Shown piece after piece: positions 63,317 through 64,000 of a stretch of DNA of 64,000 nt (its first letter is position 1; each line of letters begins with the position of its first letter). A program made the translations under genes and the position numbers. The stretch lies in the NCBI GenBank assembly GCA_018659375.1, contig JABJMO010000063.1, positions 1,782-65,781 of the forward strand, given 5' to 3'. The notes beneath the pieces are model-generated. The model was not told the origin of the DNA and made no database searches. It saw only the letters and a program-made list of their open reading frames with translations. Origin of the DNA: Methanobacteriota archaeon. Lineage in GTDB: Archaea; Thermoplasmatota; Poseidoniia; Poseidoniales; Poseidoniaceae.

Positions 63317-64000
63317 TCAGACTGCAACCTCAGTTAGAACCGGTATTTGGATTTCGATAACTACTTGCAATGTCCAGTCGTTTCCAGGGTCCGGATCTGG
63401 AAAGCCCTCTATTAGCGGGTCTGGATCGGCTTGTTGAGCAAAGATGGTCCATTCCCATTCACCTTGTGCTGTTCTAAAACCTGGTTTTTCCAGAAGTAAT
63501 GCCAATACTTCTTCTGCGGAGTCAGCGGTATATGTGCCGTCTTCACCTGTTGGATTTATTGCATAACGATCCATTTCCGCTTTGGAGGTCTCGTTAGCTG
63601 TGATGTTGCCACCTTGGGTTTTTGCTGATTTTGAATAACCGTCATTTGGAATTGATAATTCTAAGGTGAAATTATCTTGCGGGCCTAGTTCTTGGTCCAG
63701 TTCTAACACTGCATAGAAGGCGAGGATGCGTCCTTCAACTCCGGGGTTAATACTTTCTTCCCAAGAGGTCCCTTGGTCAAGGTAGCCATCTCTATCCATG
63801 GTTATTTCCTTGGTCTTCCACTCAACTTCAAAGGTTCGAGTGGAAATTTCAATCTCAAAGGATAGGTAATCAGTTGCTCCATCGCCATCAGATACCGTCA
63901 CACTGCCTCGCTTGGTACCGGAGTTGTTGGTCGGTAGTAAGACGGTTGGAGTAATGGCATCGGCATCGTTTCGGTTATCGCCATCTTTATCGCTATCAAC
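63317..64000 (-). CDS. C-terminal part of a larger secreted/surface protein (partial; continues beyond the window end)
   Basis: The reading frame stays open from 63901 to 64000, 33 codons with no stop. That stretch reads VDSDKDGDNRNDADAITP..., a thrombospondin-type-3-like Ca-binding motif. The track's GTG start at 63901 is therefore probably internal. Confidence 0.5.
   Translation of the reverse strand, partial: VDSDKDGDNRNDADAITPTVLLPTNNSGTKRGSVTVSDGDGATDYLSFEIEISTRTFEVEWKTKEITMDRDGYLDQGTSWEESINPGVEGRILAFYAVLELDQELGPQDNFTLELSIPNDGYSKSAKTQGGNITANETSKAEMDRYAINPTGEDGTYTADSAEEVLALLLEKPGFRTAQGEWEWTIFAQQADPDPLIEGFPDPDPGNDWTLQVVIEIQIPVLTEVAV

Noticed and set aside
1-64000. A whole-window search for CRISPR arrays, IS elements, prophage or integrase genes, rRNA, toxin-antitoxin pairs, and known defence systems.
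   Set aside because: None is recognisable. All long ORFs are accounted for as housekeeping, envelope/surface or uncharacterised genes. The only STAND-type NTPase (3940..5451) carries a DNA-binding wHTH rather than a nuclease or other effector, so I do not claim a defence role.

Overview
This is a densely coding archaeal chromosomal segment. Intergenic gaps are mostly under 110 bp; the largest are 161 bp at 25155-25315 and 203 bp at 31033-31235. I saw no rRNA, CRISPR array, transposase or integrase.

Archaeal identity rests on TFB, DNA topoisomerase VI B/A, an RFC-type clamp-loader subunit, RNA polymerase subunit P, Trm1, a PAC2 proteasome-assembly chaperone, and the archaeal CoA genes pantoate kinase and phosphopantothenate synthetase. 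RpoP is a 49-aa ORF I found by hand, below the ORF-track cutoff.

Three traits resemble uncultured marine planktonic Euryarchaeota such as Marine Group II/Poseidoniales: moderate-to-low GC, three giant signal-peptide/TM-anchored surface proteins, and a bacterial-type membrane glycerolipid acyltransferase. This lineage assignment is inference only.

Other housekeeping content:
- Enzymes and cofactor genes: leuS, rpe, trxA, gcvH, RNase HI, nadC, an aconitase-family enzyme, the GMP synthase GATase subunit, a HIT protein and a hotdog thioesterase.
- Sugar activation and glycosylation genes: flippase, GT4, three nucleotidyltransferase/kinase genes and GtrA.
- Three tRNAs folded by hand: Arg-CCU, Asp-GUC and Arg-GCG.

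Best candidates for something new:
1. A two-gene module after leuS (16058-17654). Its second gene looks like an archaeal homologue of the eukaryotic CDIN1/C15orf41 'TPD' PD-(D/E)xK nuclease.
2. A surface and regulatory neighbourhood (3940-12262): a minimal wHTH-NB-ARC STAND ATPase, a secreted WD40 + thrombospondin-type-3 protein, and a membrane-tethered double-wHTH protein with an AT-rich ectodomain.
3. A disordered acidic/Pro-rich protein carrying a near-perfect 75-bp tandem duplication, fused to a degenerate class II aldolase (adducin-head-like) domain (52662-54179).
4. A Topo VI operon that continues into two paralogous dual-TM proteins and an ArsR regulator. It abuts a 1714-aa adhesin whose vWA domain appears inserted into a beta-propeller.

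All functional calls come from motif reading by eye; no database search was run.
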